Assembly: GCA_041913465.1 (NCBI GenBank)
Contig: JAYSFJ010000015.1
Coordinates: 46,548-110,547 of the forward strand
DNA: 64,000 bases
Origin: Mesorhizobium sp.
Lineage (GTDB): Bacteria; Pseudomonadota; Alphaproteobacteria; Rhizobiales; Rhizobiaceae
Direction: 5' to 3'
Shown here: positions 28,463-38,310 of the stretch, piece after piece
How positions within the stretch are numbered: position 1 is the stretch's first letter
How the letters are laid out: each line of letters begins with the position of its first letter
Notes under the pieces: generated by a model
The model's input: only the letters and a program-made list of their open reading frames with translations
What the model was told of the DNA's origin: nothing
Database searches by the model: none
Position numbers and translations under genes: made by a program

Positions 28463-31400
28463 TTGCAGATCAAGAAGATCCTCGTCGCCAACCGCTCCGA
28501 AATCGCGATCCGCGTCTTCCGCGCCGCCAACGAACTGGGCATTGAGACGGTCGCCATCTGGGCGGAGGAAGACAAATACGCGCTGCACCGCTTCAAGGCA
28601 GATGAGAGCTACCAGATCGGCCGCGGGCCGCATCTTGAGCGCGATCTCGGACCGATCGAGAGCTACCTGTCGATCGAGGAGGTGATCCGGGTCGCCAAGC
28701 TCTCGGGGGCGGATGCGATCCATCCCGGCTACGGGCTGCTCTCCGAAAGTCCGGAATTCGCCGACGCGTGCGCCGAGGCTGGCATCGTCTTCATCGGCCC
28801 GAAGCCGGAGACGATGCGCAGGCTGGGCAACAAGGTGGCGGCACGCAATCTCGCCATCGAGATCGGCGTGCCGGTCATCCCCGCCACCGAACCGCTGACC
28901 GACGACATGGAGGCGGTGAAGCGGCTGGCGCTCGAGGTCGGCTATCCGCTGATGCTGAAGGCGTCGTGGGGCGGCGGCGGACGTGGCATGCGCGTCATCC
29001 GCACAGAGGCGGAACTCGCCAAGGAAGTCACCGAGGGCAAGCGCGAGGCGAAGGCCGCGTTCGGCAAGGACGAGGTCTATCTCGAGAAGCTGATCGAGCG
29101 CGCCCGCCATGTCGAGGTGCAGGTGCTGGGCGACACGCATGGCAACACGGTGCACCTGTTCGAGCGGGACTGCTCGATCCAGCGCCGCAACCAGAAGGTC
29201 GTCGAGCGCGCGCCTGCGCCTTACCTATCAGGCGAGCTGCGCGAGGAACTGTGCGGCTATGCGCTGAGGATCGCCGATGCCACCGCTTATATCGGCGCGG
29301 GCACGGTCGAGTTCCTGCAGGATGCCGATACCGGCAAGTTCTACTTCATCGAGGTCAATCCCCGCATCCAGGTCGAGCATACGGTGACCGAGCAGGTGAC
29401 CGGCATCGACATCGTCAAGGCGCAGATCCACATCCTCGAAGGCGAGGCGATCGGCACGCCTGAATCCGGCGTGCCGCCACAGGAGCACATCCGGCTGAAC
29501 GGCCACGCCTTGCAGTGCCGCATCACCACGGAAGATCCGGAGCAGAACTTCATCCCCGACTACGGCCGCATCACCGCCTATCGCGGCGCCACCGGCTTCG
29601 GTATCAGGCTGGACGGCGGCACCGCCTATTCGGGCGCGGTCATCACCCGCTTCTACGATCCGCTGCTGGAGAAGGTGACGGCCTGGGCGCCGACGCCGCT
29701 GGAGGCGATCGCCCGCATGGACCGCGCGTTGCGGGAGTTCCGCATCCGGGGCGTGGCGACGAACCTCACCTTCCTCGAAGCGATCATCACGCATCCATCC
29801 TTCAAGGACAATTCCTACACGACCAAGTTCATCGACTCGACGCCGGAACTGTTCGCGCAGGTGAAGCGCCAGGACCGGGCGACGAAGCTGTTGAACTATC
29901 TCGCCGACGTGACGGTCAACGGCCATCCGGAGGCGCGCGGGCGGCCGATGCCGAAGGCGGACGCGGCCGCGCCGGTGGTGCCCTTCCACGGCGGCGAAAT
30001 ACCTGACGGCACGAAGCAGAGGCTCGACCAGCTCGGCCCGGCCGGCTTTGCCAAATGGATGCGTGCGCAACCCCAGGTGCTCGTCACCGACACGACGATG
30101 CGCGACGGCCACCAGTCGCTGCTGGCGACCCGCATGCGCACCTTCGACATCGCGCGGGTGGCCGGAACCTACGCTCGCGCCCTGCCGCAGCTGCTCTCAC
30201 TCGAATGCTGGGGCGGCGCGACCTTCGACGTCGCCATGCGATTTTTGACCGAGGACCCGTGGGAACGGCTCGACTTGATCCGCAAGGGTGCGCCGAACCT
30301 GCTGTTGCAGATGCTGCTGCGCGGCGCCAACGGCGTCGGCTACACCAACTATCCCGACAATGTGGTGAAGCATTTCGTCCGCCAGGCCGCGGCCGGCGGC
30401 ATCGACCTGTTCCGCGTGTTCGACTGCCTCAACTGGGTCGAGAACATGCGCGTCGCGATGGACGCCGTCGGCACCGAGGGCAAGCTGATCGAGGCGGCGA
30501 TCTGCTACACCGGCGACATCCTCGATCCGGCGCGCGCCAAATACGACCTCAAATACTATGTCGCGCTGGCGAAGGAGCTGGAAGCGGCCGGCGCACACAT
30601 CATCGCGGTCAAGGACATGGCGGGGCTGCTGAAGCCCGCCGCGGCGCGAGCGCTGTTCAAGGCGCTGCGCGAGGCGACCGACCTGCCAATCCACTTCCAC
30701 ACGCATGATACGTCCGGCATTGCCGCTGCGACGGTGCTGGCGGCGGTGGAATCGGGCGTCGATGCGGTCGACGCGGCGATGGATTCGCTCTCCGGCAACA
30801 CCTCGCAGCCCTGCCTCGGCTCGATCGTCGAGGCGCTGAAGGGCACCGAGCGGGATCCGAGCCTCGATACTGGCTGGATCCGCAAGCTGTCGTTCTATTG
30901 GGAGGCGGTGCGCAACCAGTACACGGCCTTCGAGAGCGACCTGAAGGGGCCGGCGTCCGAAGTCTACCTACACGAGATGCCGGGCGGCCAGTTCACCAAC
31001 CTCAAGGAGCAGGCGCGCTCGCTCGGGCTCGAAACCCGCTGGCACGAGGTGGCGCAGGCCTATCACGACGTCAACCTGATGTTTGGCGACATCGTCAAGG
31101 TGACGCCGTCGTCCAAGGTCGTCGGCGACATGGCGCTGATGATGGTCTCGCAGGACCTGACGGTCGCCGACGTCGAGAACCCGGCCAAGGACATCGCCTT
31201 CCCCGACTCGGTCGTCTCCATGCTCAAGGGCGACCTCGGCCAGCCTCCGGGCGGATGGCCGGCTGGCCTGCAGAAGAAGGCGCTGAAGGGCGAGACGCCG
31301 ATTACCGTGCGCCCCGGCTCGCTGCTCAAGGACGCCAACCTTGGCAAGGCGCGCAAGGACGCGGAGGAGAAGGTTGGGCGCAAACTCTCGGAATTCGAGT

Positions 31401-31921
31401 TCGCGTCCTATCTGATGTATCCGAAGGTGTTCTCCGATTTCGCCGCCGCGCAGGACGCCTACGGCCCGGTCTCGGTGCTGCCGACGCCGACCTATTTCTA
31501 CGGCATGAAGGGCGAGGACGAGATCCTCCTCGACATCGAGAAGGGCAAGACGCTGGTCGTGCGCTGCCTCGCCATCGGCGATGTCGACGACAAGGGCATG
31601 GTCACCGTCTTCTTCGAGCTCAACGGCCAGCCGCGTCGCGTCAAGGTGCCTGATCGGGCGCATGGCGCGGGCGCCGGCAAGGTGCGCCGCAAGGCGGAGC
31701 CCGGCAACGAAGCGCATGTCGGTGCGCCGATGCCCGGCGTCATCTCGGGCGTGGCGGTCGCCGCCGGCCAGGCGGTCAAATCAGGCGACATCCTCGTCTC
31801 GATCGAGGCGATGAAGATGGAGACGGCACTGCACGCCGAGCGCGACGGCACCATCGCCGAGGTGCTGGTGCGGGTCGGCGAGCAGATCGACGCGAAGGAC
31901 CTGCTGGTGGTGTTCGGGTAG
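28463..31921 (+). CDS. pyc: Pyruvate carboxylase
   Basis: 1152 aa. Biotin carboxylase N-terminus (KILVANRSEIAIRVFRAANELG), carboxyltransferase domain (TTMRDGHQSLLATR) and C-terminal biotinylation site (EAMKME). Apparent TTG start with GGAG upstream. Confidence 0.97.
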   Translation: MQIKKILVANRSEIAIRVFRAANELGIETVAIWAEEDKYALHRFKADESYQIGRGPHLERDLGPIESYLSIEEVIRVAKLSGADAIHPGYGLLSESPEFADACAEAGIVFIGPKPETMRRLGNKVAARNLAIEIGVPVIPATEPLTDDMEAVKRLALEVGYPLMLKASWGGGGRGMRVIRTEAELAKEVTEGKREAKAAFGKDEVYLEKLIERARHVEVQVLGDTHGNTVHLFERDCSIQRRNQKVVERAPAPYLSGELREELCGYALRIADATAYIGAGTVEFLQDADTGKFYFIEVNPRIQVEHTVTEQVTGIDIVKAQIHILEGEAIGTPESGVPPQEHIRLNGHALQCRITTEDPEQNFIPDYGRITAYRGATGFGIRLDGGTAYSGAVITRFYDPLLEKVTAWAPTPLEAIARMDRALREFRIRGVATNLTFLEAIITHPSFKDNSYTTKFIDSTPELFAQVKRQDRATKLLNYLADVTVNGHPEARGRPMPKADAAAPVVPFHGGEIPDGTKQRLDQLGPAGFAKWMRAQPQVLVTDTTMRDGHQSLLATRMRTFDIARVAGTYARALPQLLSLECWGGATFDVAMRFLTEDPWERLDLIRKGAPNLLLQMLLRGANGVGYTNYPDNVVKHFVRQAAAGGIDLFRVFDCLNWVENMRVAMDAVGTEGKLIEAAICYTGDILDPARAKYDLKYYVALAKELEAAGAHIIAVKDMAGLLKPAAARALFKALREATDLPIHFHTHDTSGIAAATVLAAVESGVDAVDAAMDSLSGNTSQPCLGSIVEALKGTERDPSLDTGWIRKLSFYWEAVRNQYTAFESDLKGPASEVYLHEMPGGQFTNLKEQARSLGLETRWHEVAQAYHDVNLMFGDIVKVTPSSKVVGDMALMMVSQDLTVADVENPAKDIAFPDSVVSMLKGDLGQPPGGWPAGLQKKALKGETPITVRPGSLLKDANLGKARKDAEEKVGRKLSEFEFASYLMYPKVFSDFAAAQDAYGPVSVLPTPTYFYGMKGEDEILLDIEKGKTLVVRCLAIGDVDDKGMVTVFFELNGQPRRVKVPDRAHGAGAGKVRRKAEPGNEAHVGAPMPGVISGVAVAAGQAVKSGDILVSIEAMKMETALHAERDGTIAEVLVRVGEQIDAKDLLVVFG

Positions 31922-31927
31922 GAGCGC

Positions 31928-32821
31928 CTACAGCCGCTCCCCATATCCCGCAAAAGCCGCGACGAGGCTGTCGAACACGGCCCTGACCCTGGGCACCTTG
32001 CTCAGGTTCTCGTGCGTCACGACCCAGGTGTCGAGGACGAGCGCCGTGACGTCCGGCAAGACCTGGCGCAGGCGCGGGTCGCGCCGACCTACCGGCACCT
32101 GAGCCACGGCGATGCCGATGCCGGCGCGGGCGGCGGCGATCTGCGCCGGATGGCTGTCGGTGCGCAGCACGAACCTGACTTGGGAAAAACCCGCTCCAAG
32201 CCGTTCCACGAGCGCGAGGTCGGCGAGCTTACGATCCGGGCCGATCATGTCGTGGCGTCCCAGATCCTCAAACGTCTGCGGTATGCCGTGCCGTTCGAGG
32301 TAGTCGACCGAGGCGAAGAAGCCCAGGGGGATCGACGCCACCTTCTTCGCCACCAGAGCCTCCTGTTTCGGGCTGACCGTTCGCACCGCCACGTCGACCT
32401 CCTGCGCCAGCAGGTCGGCGGGCGCGTTGCTCAGCGACAGTTCGATCCGGATAGCCGGGTAGGTGTCGCGCAGGACCCTCAGCATGGCCGGGATGACCTC
32501 TATGCCCATGAAATCCGGCACACTGATCCGCACCACGCCGGCGATCTCGCCCGGCGTTCCGGAGGCGTGGCGGATGAACAGGTCGGAGGCCATGGCCATG
32601 GTCCGGGCCGGCTCGCGCAGCGCTTCTGCGCTGTCGGTCGGTGTCAGGCCGTTCACCGAGCGAGTGAAAAGGACCGTGCCGAGCGCGGCCTCCAGCGCCT
32701 CAAGGCGGCTGCGGACAGTCGGATGGGAAACACCCAGCCGCCGCGCCGCGCCGGACAGGCTGCCTTCTTCAAGCACCGCCAGAAAGACGCGCTGGTCGTC
32801 CCACGAGATCGATCCGCTCAT
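31928..32821 (-). CDS. LysR family transcriptional regulator
   Basis: ORF 31928..32830. N-terminal HTH (WDDQRVFLAVLEEGSLSGAARRLGVSHPTVRSRLEALE) and a LysR substrate-binding domain. Confidence 0.9.
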   Translation of the reverse strand: MSGSISWDDQRVFLAVLEEGSLSGAARRLGVSHPTVRSRLEALEAALGTVLFTRSVNGLTPTDSAEALREPARTMAMASDLFIRHASGTPGEIAGVVRISVPDFMGIEVIPAMLRVLRDTYPAIRIELSLSNAPADLLAQEVDVAVRTVSPKQEALVAKKVASIPLGFFASVDYLERHGIPQTFEDLGRHDMIGPDRKLADLALVERLGAGFSQVRFVLRTDSHPAQIAAARAGIGIAVAQVPVGRRDPRLRQVLPDVTALVLDTWVVTHENLSKVPRVRAVFDSLVAAFAGYGERL

Positions 32822-32838
32822 AAGAAACATACTAGCTA

Positions 32839-32867
32839 CTGAAAGGAAACTTGCAATTTCTTTTCAG
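32839..32867. promoter_or_regulatory. Imperfect inverted repeat, candidate LysR-type operator
   Basis: CTGAAAGGAAA-N7-TTTCTTTTCAG (9/11 arm complementarity) in the 91-nt divergent intergenic region between the LysR gene and the SDR gene. Confidence 0.4.
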
Positions 32868-32912
32868 GTAACACCGGCGCATCCTTCCGGAACAAGTTCA
32901 AGGAGATCGGTC

Positions 32913-33902
32913 ATGACACAGCGGAAAACAGTTCTCGTCCTCGGCGCCTCCGGTGGAATCGGCGGCTCGATCGCCGCGGCGTTGCTGAGGCACGGCTGGC
33001 AGGTCCGCGGCATGGCACGCGACGTCATGTCGGTGAGTCATCGCGCCAATCCGCATATCGAGTGGGTTCAGGGCGATGCCCTGTCCCGCGACGACGTGGT
33101 GCGTGCGGCATCGGGCGTCGCGATGATCGTCCACGCAGTCAATCCGCCCGGCTACCGCAACTGGGGCAAGGTGGTTTTGCCGATGATCGACAACACGATC
33201 GCGGCGGCGCGTGCGGCGGACGGTGCGCGTATCGTCCTTCCGGGGACGATCTACAACTACGACCCGGCGCGCACGCCGGTCGTCGATGCCGGCTCGCCGC
33301 AGGAGCCGCGAAGCCGCAAGGGCGCGATCCGGGTTGCTCTCGAACAGCGGCTCGCGGACGCGGCGCCCGAGGTGCCGTCGCTGATCCTGCGCGCCGGCGA
33401 TTTCTTCGGCCCGGGCGTCAGGTCGAGCTGGTTCTCGCAGGCGATGGTGACGCCCGGCAAGCCCTTGACGCGCATCGTCAACCTGGCCAGGGGCGCGGGC
33501 CATTCCTGGGCCTACCTGCCGGACCTGGCGGAGGCCTTCTCCCGTCTCATGAATGCCGAGGACAGGCTGTCGCCGTTCGAGCGGGTTCAGTTCGAGGGCA
33601 TCTACGACGCGAGCGGCACGCTCATGACCGACGCGTTGCGCCGGATCGCGGGCCGCAAGGTTCCCATCTGGAGCTTTCCGTGGTGGCTCATGCGTCTTGC
33701 CGCGCCATTTGGTGGCTTCCCCCGCGAGGCGGCCGAAATCGCCCAATACTGGGGGCACCCGGTCAGGTTCGACAATCGCCGGCTGGTCGACCTGATCGGG
33801 CCTGAGCCGCGCACCGACCTCGACCTGGCGGTCAGGGCGAGCCTCGTCGACATGGGCTGCCTCGCTCCGGAGCCGAAACTGCTCCCCGCGGCGGCGGTGT
33901 AG
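32913..33902 (+). CDS. NAD-dependent epimerase/dehydratase family (extended SDR) protein
   Basis: Distal part of ORF 32463..33902. ATG at 32913 with AAGGAG upstream. VLVLGASGGIGGSIAAALLRHGWQVRG is a Rossmann motif. Confidence 0.8.
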   Translation: MTQRKTVLVLGASGGIGGSIAAALLRHGWQVRGMARDVMSVSHRANPHIEWVQGDALSRDDVVRAASGVAMIVHAVNPPGYRNWGKVVLPMIDNTIAAARAADGARIVLPGTIYNYDPARTPVVDAGSPQEPRSRKGAIRVALEQRLADAAPEVPSLILRAGDFFGPGVRSSWFSQAMVTPGKPLTRIVNLARGAGHSWAYLPDLAEAFSRLMNAEDRLSPFERVQFEGIYDASGTLMTDALRRIAGRKVPIWSFPWWLMRLAAPFGGFPREAAEIAQYWGHPVRFDNRRLVDLIGPEPRTDLDLAVRASLVDMGCLAPEPKLLPAAAV

Positions 33903-34026
33903 TGGCTGATTGAAACGCGCGTTGTGCCGGTCCGCGGAGGTCGAGAGCCTTCCGCGACCGGTCTGGCCCAATCGGTCGCGCGAGGAGCGGCTTGATGGAG
34001 TTTCTAAATCGATTTAACAAGCTCCA

Positions 34027-35181
34027 ATGTCAACTCTCGCCGCCACTGCTTCTCCAACGCGCGCCCGCTGGGCGGTCGCCGCACTGTTTGCGGTCAACGG
34101 CTTCCTGATCGGGAGCTGGGCGCCGCAGATCCCGCTCTTCCTGGCGCGACTCGGCATCAGCGAGTCCACGCTCGGCCTGCTGATCCTCGGCTTCGGTCTC
34201 GGCGCGCTGATCGCCATGCCCACCGCAGGCTATGTCATCGGACGCCAGGGCTCGCGCGTCACGGTCACCTGGTTCTCCTTCGCCGCCGCTTTCGGCCTGA
34301 TCCTGGTCGTCGCAGCGCCCAACGTCTGGACGGCTGCGCTGGCGATGGTTCTCTTCGGCGGACTGGTCGGCGGCATGGACGTGTCGATGAATGCCAATGC
34401 GGTGGCCGTCGAGCGGGCGCTTGGGCGCGCCATCATGTCGTCGTCGCACGGCTTCTGGAGCCTCGGCGGCTTCGCCGGCGGGGCGGCCGGAGGGCTCCTC
34501 ATCGAGCGTTACGGCGCGCTGGCGCATGCCGGGCTCGTCACGGTGCTGGCGCTCGCGGCGGTCACGCTCGCGGTGTCGCAGCTCGGCGGGGACGACAGGC
34601 CGGAGGCCCATGAGCGCCAGCCGCTCGCCCTGCCGCGCGATCCGACGCTCTACCTCGTGGGGCTGATTGCCCTGTTCTGCATGGTGCCCGAAGGGGCGGT
34701 TCTCGACTGGGCGGCGCTCTACCTGCAACAGGAGCGCGGCGCGTCCGTCGCCAACGCCGGCTTCGCCTTCGCCGCCTTCTCGGCCGCCATGGCCACCATG
34801 CGTTTCCTCGGCGACCGGGTGCGCGACCGGTTCGGTGCCGTGCGCACGCTTCGCATCTCCGCGCTGATCGCCGCCGTCGGCATGCTCGGCGCCGGGATAG
34901 CGCCCGAGGAGTGGATGGTGATCGCGGCCTTCTCGTTCGCGGGGCTCGGCATCGCCAATACGGTGCCGATCGCGTTCTCGGCCGGCGGCAACCATCCCGG
35001 CCTGCCGCCCGGCGCCGGCATGAGCGTCGTCACGACGATCGGCTATTCGGGCATCCTGGTTGCGCCTTCGGCTCTCGGCTTCGTCGGCGAGCATGTCGGC
35101 TTCGCACCTGTCTATGTCGGCGTCGCCGTGGTTCTCCTCCTTGTCGCCGCACTTGCCCGCTATGCGAAAGCTGCGGATTGA
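34027..35181 (+). CDS. MFS transporter
   Basis: 384 aa, about 12 predicted hydrophobic helices, typical MFS composition. Confidence 0.85.
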   Translation: MSTLAATASPTRARWAVAALFAVNGFLIGSWAPQIPLFLARLGISESTLGLLILGFGLGALIAMPTAGYVIGRQGSRVTVTWFSFAAAFGLILVVAAPNVWTAALAMVLFGGLVGGMDVSMNANAVAVERALGRAIMSSSHGFWSLGGFAGGAAGGLLIERYGALAHAGLVTVLALAAVTLAVSQLGGDDRPEAHERQPLALPRDPTLYLVGLIALFCMVPEGAVLDWAALYLQQERGASVANAGFAFAAFSAAMATMRFLGDRVRDRFGAVRTLRISALIAAVGMLGAGIAPEEWMVIAAFSFAGLGIANTVPIAFSAGGNHPGLPPGAGMSVVTTIGYSGILVAPSALGFVGEHVGFAPVYVGVAVVLLLVAALARYAKAAD

Positions 35182-35237
35182 CCCGCGACGCGCCGCCGCT
35201 CTGGCGCGAACGACCGGAGAGGCGTAAGGCGACCACC

Positions 35238-35645
35238 ATGAGCCCGCAGCCGCACAAGGCAAGACAGCGCCCGACGCACATCCTGTCGGCGGCGATGCTG
35301 TGGCTCGCGGCCGTTTTGTCTCTCGCCGCGGGCGTGCAGCGGGTCGTCCCGCTCGACCTCGGACAATCCCGCCAGGCGTCCTCCGACGCGGCGCGCGCCG
35401 GCGATCTCCCGGCTCAGCGCTCGACCGCCGCCAGCCTGCAATCGCGTCTCGCGCTCCTGTCGGAACGCGCGCTCGAGGCCTTGCCCGCCTCGGGCTTCGA
35501 CGGGCCGGATACGGCCGTTCTTCCCCACCTCGGCCTCGACCTTCCGGCGCACATAGCCGCACAGGGCCACAGGCCGCTTGAATCCTTCGCGCTTCAGGCC
35601 CGTCCGGCCAACGTCCGCGCCCGCGCACCGCCGATCCTCGCCTGA
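35238..35645 (+). CDS. Hypothetical membrane-anchored/secreted protein
   Basis: In-frame ATG at 35238 within ORF 34911..35645. N-terminal helix ILSAAMLWLAAVLSLAAG. Very high third-position GC. The antisense ORF 35160..35672 is Arg-rich junk. Confidence 0.45.
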   Translation: MSPQPHKARQRPTHILSAAMLWLAAVLSLAAGVQRVVPLDLGQSRQASSDAARAGDLPAQRSTAASLQSRLALLSERALEALPASGFDGPDTAVLPHLGLDLPAHIAAQGHRPLESFALQARPANVRARAPPILA

Positions 35646-35729
35646 CCCATCCCGCCCCAACGGGCGGTTCATGTTCAGGCATTCGACGCCGCCGGCTCAA
35701 CCGGTGCGCGTCCATCGAAGGATCACACC

Positions 35730-38267
35730 ATGCGCACTCCAAGGAGCGTGATGTGGGGCTATGCCCTCATCATCCTCGTCGGCATCATTGCCGCTCTTCC
35801 CAACCTCTTCACCGCGCGGCAGCTCGCTGCGTTCCCCAACTGGTTGCCAAAGCACCAGATCACGCTCGGCCTCGACCTCCAGGGCGGGTCGCACCTCGTG
35901 CTCGAGGTCGATTCCGCCACACTCAAGAAGGACCGACTCCAATCGCTGCTCAACGATGCCCGCACGGCGCTGCGCAAGGATGGCGTCCGAACGGACTCGA
36001 TCCGGCTCGCAGGGGATTCGGTCGTCGTCGCGGTGACCGATCCTGCGACCCGCTCCAAGGCCGTCGATTCCCTGACGGCGCTGGCCACGCCGGTGACAGC
36101 GATCGGCTTCTCGGCCGGTTCGTCCGACCTTGCGGTGGACGGCGCCGATGCCAGCCAGCCGATCAAGGTCACGCTGACGGAGGCGGGCATGAAGGACCGG
36201 CTTGACCGCGCCGTCGAACAGAGCCTCGAGATCGTGCGCCAGCGCGTAGACCAGGTCGGTGTCGCCGAGCCGACGATCCAGAGGGTCAATTCCGACCGCA
36301 TCCTCGTCCAGTTGCCCGGCCTGCAGGACCCGACACGGCTGCGCCAGCTGCTCGGCAGCACGGCCAAGATGACTTTCCACATGGTGGCCAATGTCGGCCA
36401 GGGCGAGCCGCTGCCGCGTGGCGTCACGCTTCTGCCCAACGCGAAGGACGGCGGCCAGGTGCCGGTCGAGGATCGCGTCGCGCTCGACGGCGAGCGGCTG
36501 ACGGATGCCCGCGCGGGCTTTGACCAGCGCACCAAGGAGCCGATCGTCACCTTCCGCTTCGACAGTCTCGGCGCCCGCCAGTTCGCCGAGATCACCGGCC
36601 AGAATGTCGGCAAGCCGTTTGCCATCGTGCTCGACGGCAAGGTGCTGACCGCGCCGGTGATCCGCGACGCCATCGTCGGCGGCTCCGGCCAGATCAGCGG
36701 CAATTTCACCGTCGACGAGACGGTGACGCTGTCGGCCCTGCTGCGCTCGGGCTCGCTGCCGGCGCCGCTGACCGTCATCGAGGAGCGCACCGTCGGTCCC
36801 GATCTCGGCGGTGACGTCATCAAGATGGGCATCTACACCGGCATCGCCGGCTTCGTGGCGGTGACGCTGTTCATGGTCGCGCTCTACGGCATGTGGGGCA
36901 TGATCGCGAATTTCGCGCTGTTCCTGCACGTGGCGCTCACCTTCGGTGCGCTCGGCATGCTGGGCGCAACGCTGACGCTTCCCGGCATTGCCGGCATCAT
37001 CCTCGGCATCGGGCTCGGTGTCGACGCCAATATCCTGATCAACGAGCGCATCCGGGAAGAAACCAAGCGCGGGCTCGGGGCGTTTGCCGCGCTCGATCAG
37101 GGCTTCAAGCGGGCCTATTCCACCATCGTCGACGCCAATGCGACCTCATTGATCGTCTCCAGCCTCCTGTTCATGTTTGGAGCGGGACCGGTGCGCGGTT
37201 TCGCGGTGACGATGGTGCTCGGCACGCTGCTGTCGATGTTCACTGCCGTGGCGGTTACGCGCGTGGTGATGCAGGAGGTGGTGCGGCGGCGGAAGCTGAA
37301 GACGCTCAGGATCGAGCCGATCGTCCGCTTCTTCCCCGACAAGACGTCGATCTCGTTCATGAACGGCCGGTTCCTCGGCATCGGCGTGTCGATCTTCCTG
37401 TCGCTCGCCTCGATCGGCCTGTTCCTCAAGCCGGGCCTCAACTACGGCATCGACTTCAAGGGCGGCATCCAGGCGGAGATCGCGACGTCGCAGCCGGCCG
37501 ATCTCGGCCTGTTGCGCTCAACTCTGTCCAGCCTCGACCTCGGCGAGGTCGCCTTGCAGAACGTCGGTGATGCGGACCATGTCCTGATCCGCGTCCAGCG
37601 GCAGGAGGGTGGCGAGACGGCGCAGACGGCGGCGGTCGAGAAGGTGAAGGCCGCGGTTCAGAAGCTCGACCCCGGCGTCAAGTTCGAGCGCACCGAGGTC
37701 GTCGGGCCGAAGGTCTCGGGTGAACTGGCGCAGTCCGGCGTATTGGCGGTGGTGCTCGCGGCCGCTGCCATGCTCGGCTACATCTGGTGGCGGTTCGAGT
37801 GGAACTTCGCCATCGGCGCGATTGCGACGCTGGTGCTCGACACGACCAAGATGGTGGGCTTCTTCGCGCTGCTCGGGCTCGACTTCAACCTGACGGCGAT
37901 CGCCGCTCTGCTGACCATCATCGGTTATTCGGTGAACGACAAGGTGGTCGTCTACGACCGGATGCGGGAGAACCTCAGAGCCTACAAGAAGATGCCGCTG
38001 CGCAGCGTCATCGACATGTCGATCAACCAGGTGTTCGCGCGCTGCGTCTACACCTCGATCGCGATCCTGCTGTCGATCCTGCCGATGGCGATCTGGGGCG
38101 GCAAGGCGGTGGAGAATTTCGCCGTGCCGATGGTGGCCGGCGTGGTGGTGGCGACGACGTCGTCAATCTTCATCGCCGCGCCCATCCTGCTCTTCCTCGG
38201 CGACTGGTGGACGAAGCGCCACCCGAACCGGGCGCTGGAGCCGGACGCCCTGCCTGCCAAGGGATGA
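35730..38267 (+). CDS. secDF: Protein translocase subunit SecDF (fused SecD/SecF)
   Basis: 845 aa. SecD periplasmic domain (LGLDLQGGSHLVLEVD, GKPFAIVLDGKVLTAPVI) and SecF half (NYGIDFKGG, IGYSVNDKVVVYDRMRE). Confidence 0.95.
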   Translation: MRTPRSVMWGYALIILVGIIAALPNLFTARQLAAFPNWLPKHQITLGLDLQGGSHLVLEVDSATLKKDRLQSLLNDARTALRKDGVRTDSIRLAGDSVVVAVTDPATRSKAVDSLTALATPVTAIGFSAGSSDLAVDGADASQPIKVTLTEAGMKDRLDRAVEQSLEIVRQRVDQVGVAEPTIQRVNSDRILVQLPGLQDPTRLRQLLGSTAKMTFHMVANVGQGEPLPRGVTLLPNAKDGGQVPVEDRVALDGERLTDARAGFDQRTKEPIVTFRFDSLGARQFAEITGQNVGKPFAIVLDGKVLTAPVIRDAIVGGSGQISGNFTVDETVTLSALLRSGSLPAPLTVIEERTVGPDLGGDVIKMGIYTGIAGFVAVTLFMVALYGMWGMIANFALFLHVALTFGALGMLGATLTLPGIAGIILGIGLGVDANILINERIREETKRGLGAFAALDQGFKRAYSTIVDANATSLIVSSLLFMFGAGPVRGFAVTMVLGTLLSMFTAVAVTRVVMQEVVRRRKLKTLRIEPIVRFFPDKTSISFMNGRFLGIGVSIFLSLASIGLFLKPGLNYGIDFKGGIQAEIATSQPADLGLLRSTLSSLDLGEVALQNVGDADHVLIRVQRQEGGETAQTAAVEKVKAAVQKLDPGVKFERTEVVGPKVSGELAQSGVLAVVLAAAAMLGYIWWRFEWNFAIGAIATLVLDTTKMVGFFALLGLDFNLTAIAALLTIIGYSVNDKVVVYDRMRENLRAYKKMPLRSVIDMSINQVFARCVYTSIAILLSILPMAIWGGKAVENFAVPMVAGVVVATTSSIFIAAPILLFLGDWWTKRHPNRALEPDALPAKG

Positions 38268-38276
38268 ACGAATAAG

Positions 38277-38301
38277 CCGGCGGCGGAGCGATCCGCCGCC
38301 G
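38277..38301. terminator. GC hairpin between convergent secDF and the ATPase gene
   Basis: ccggcggcgga-gcga-tccgccgccg(g), 10-11 bp stem. No clear T-tract on either strand. Confidence 0.45.
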
Positions 38302-38310
38302 CTCTTCCAT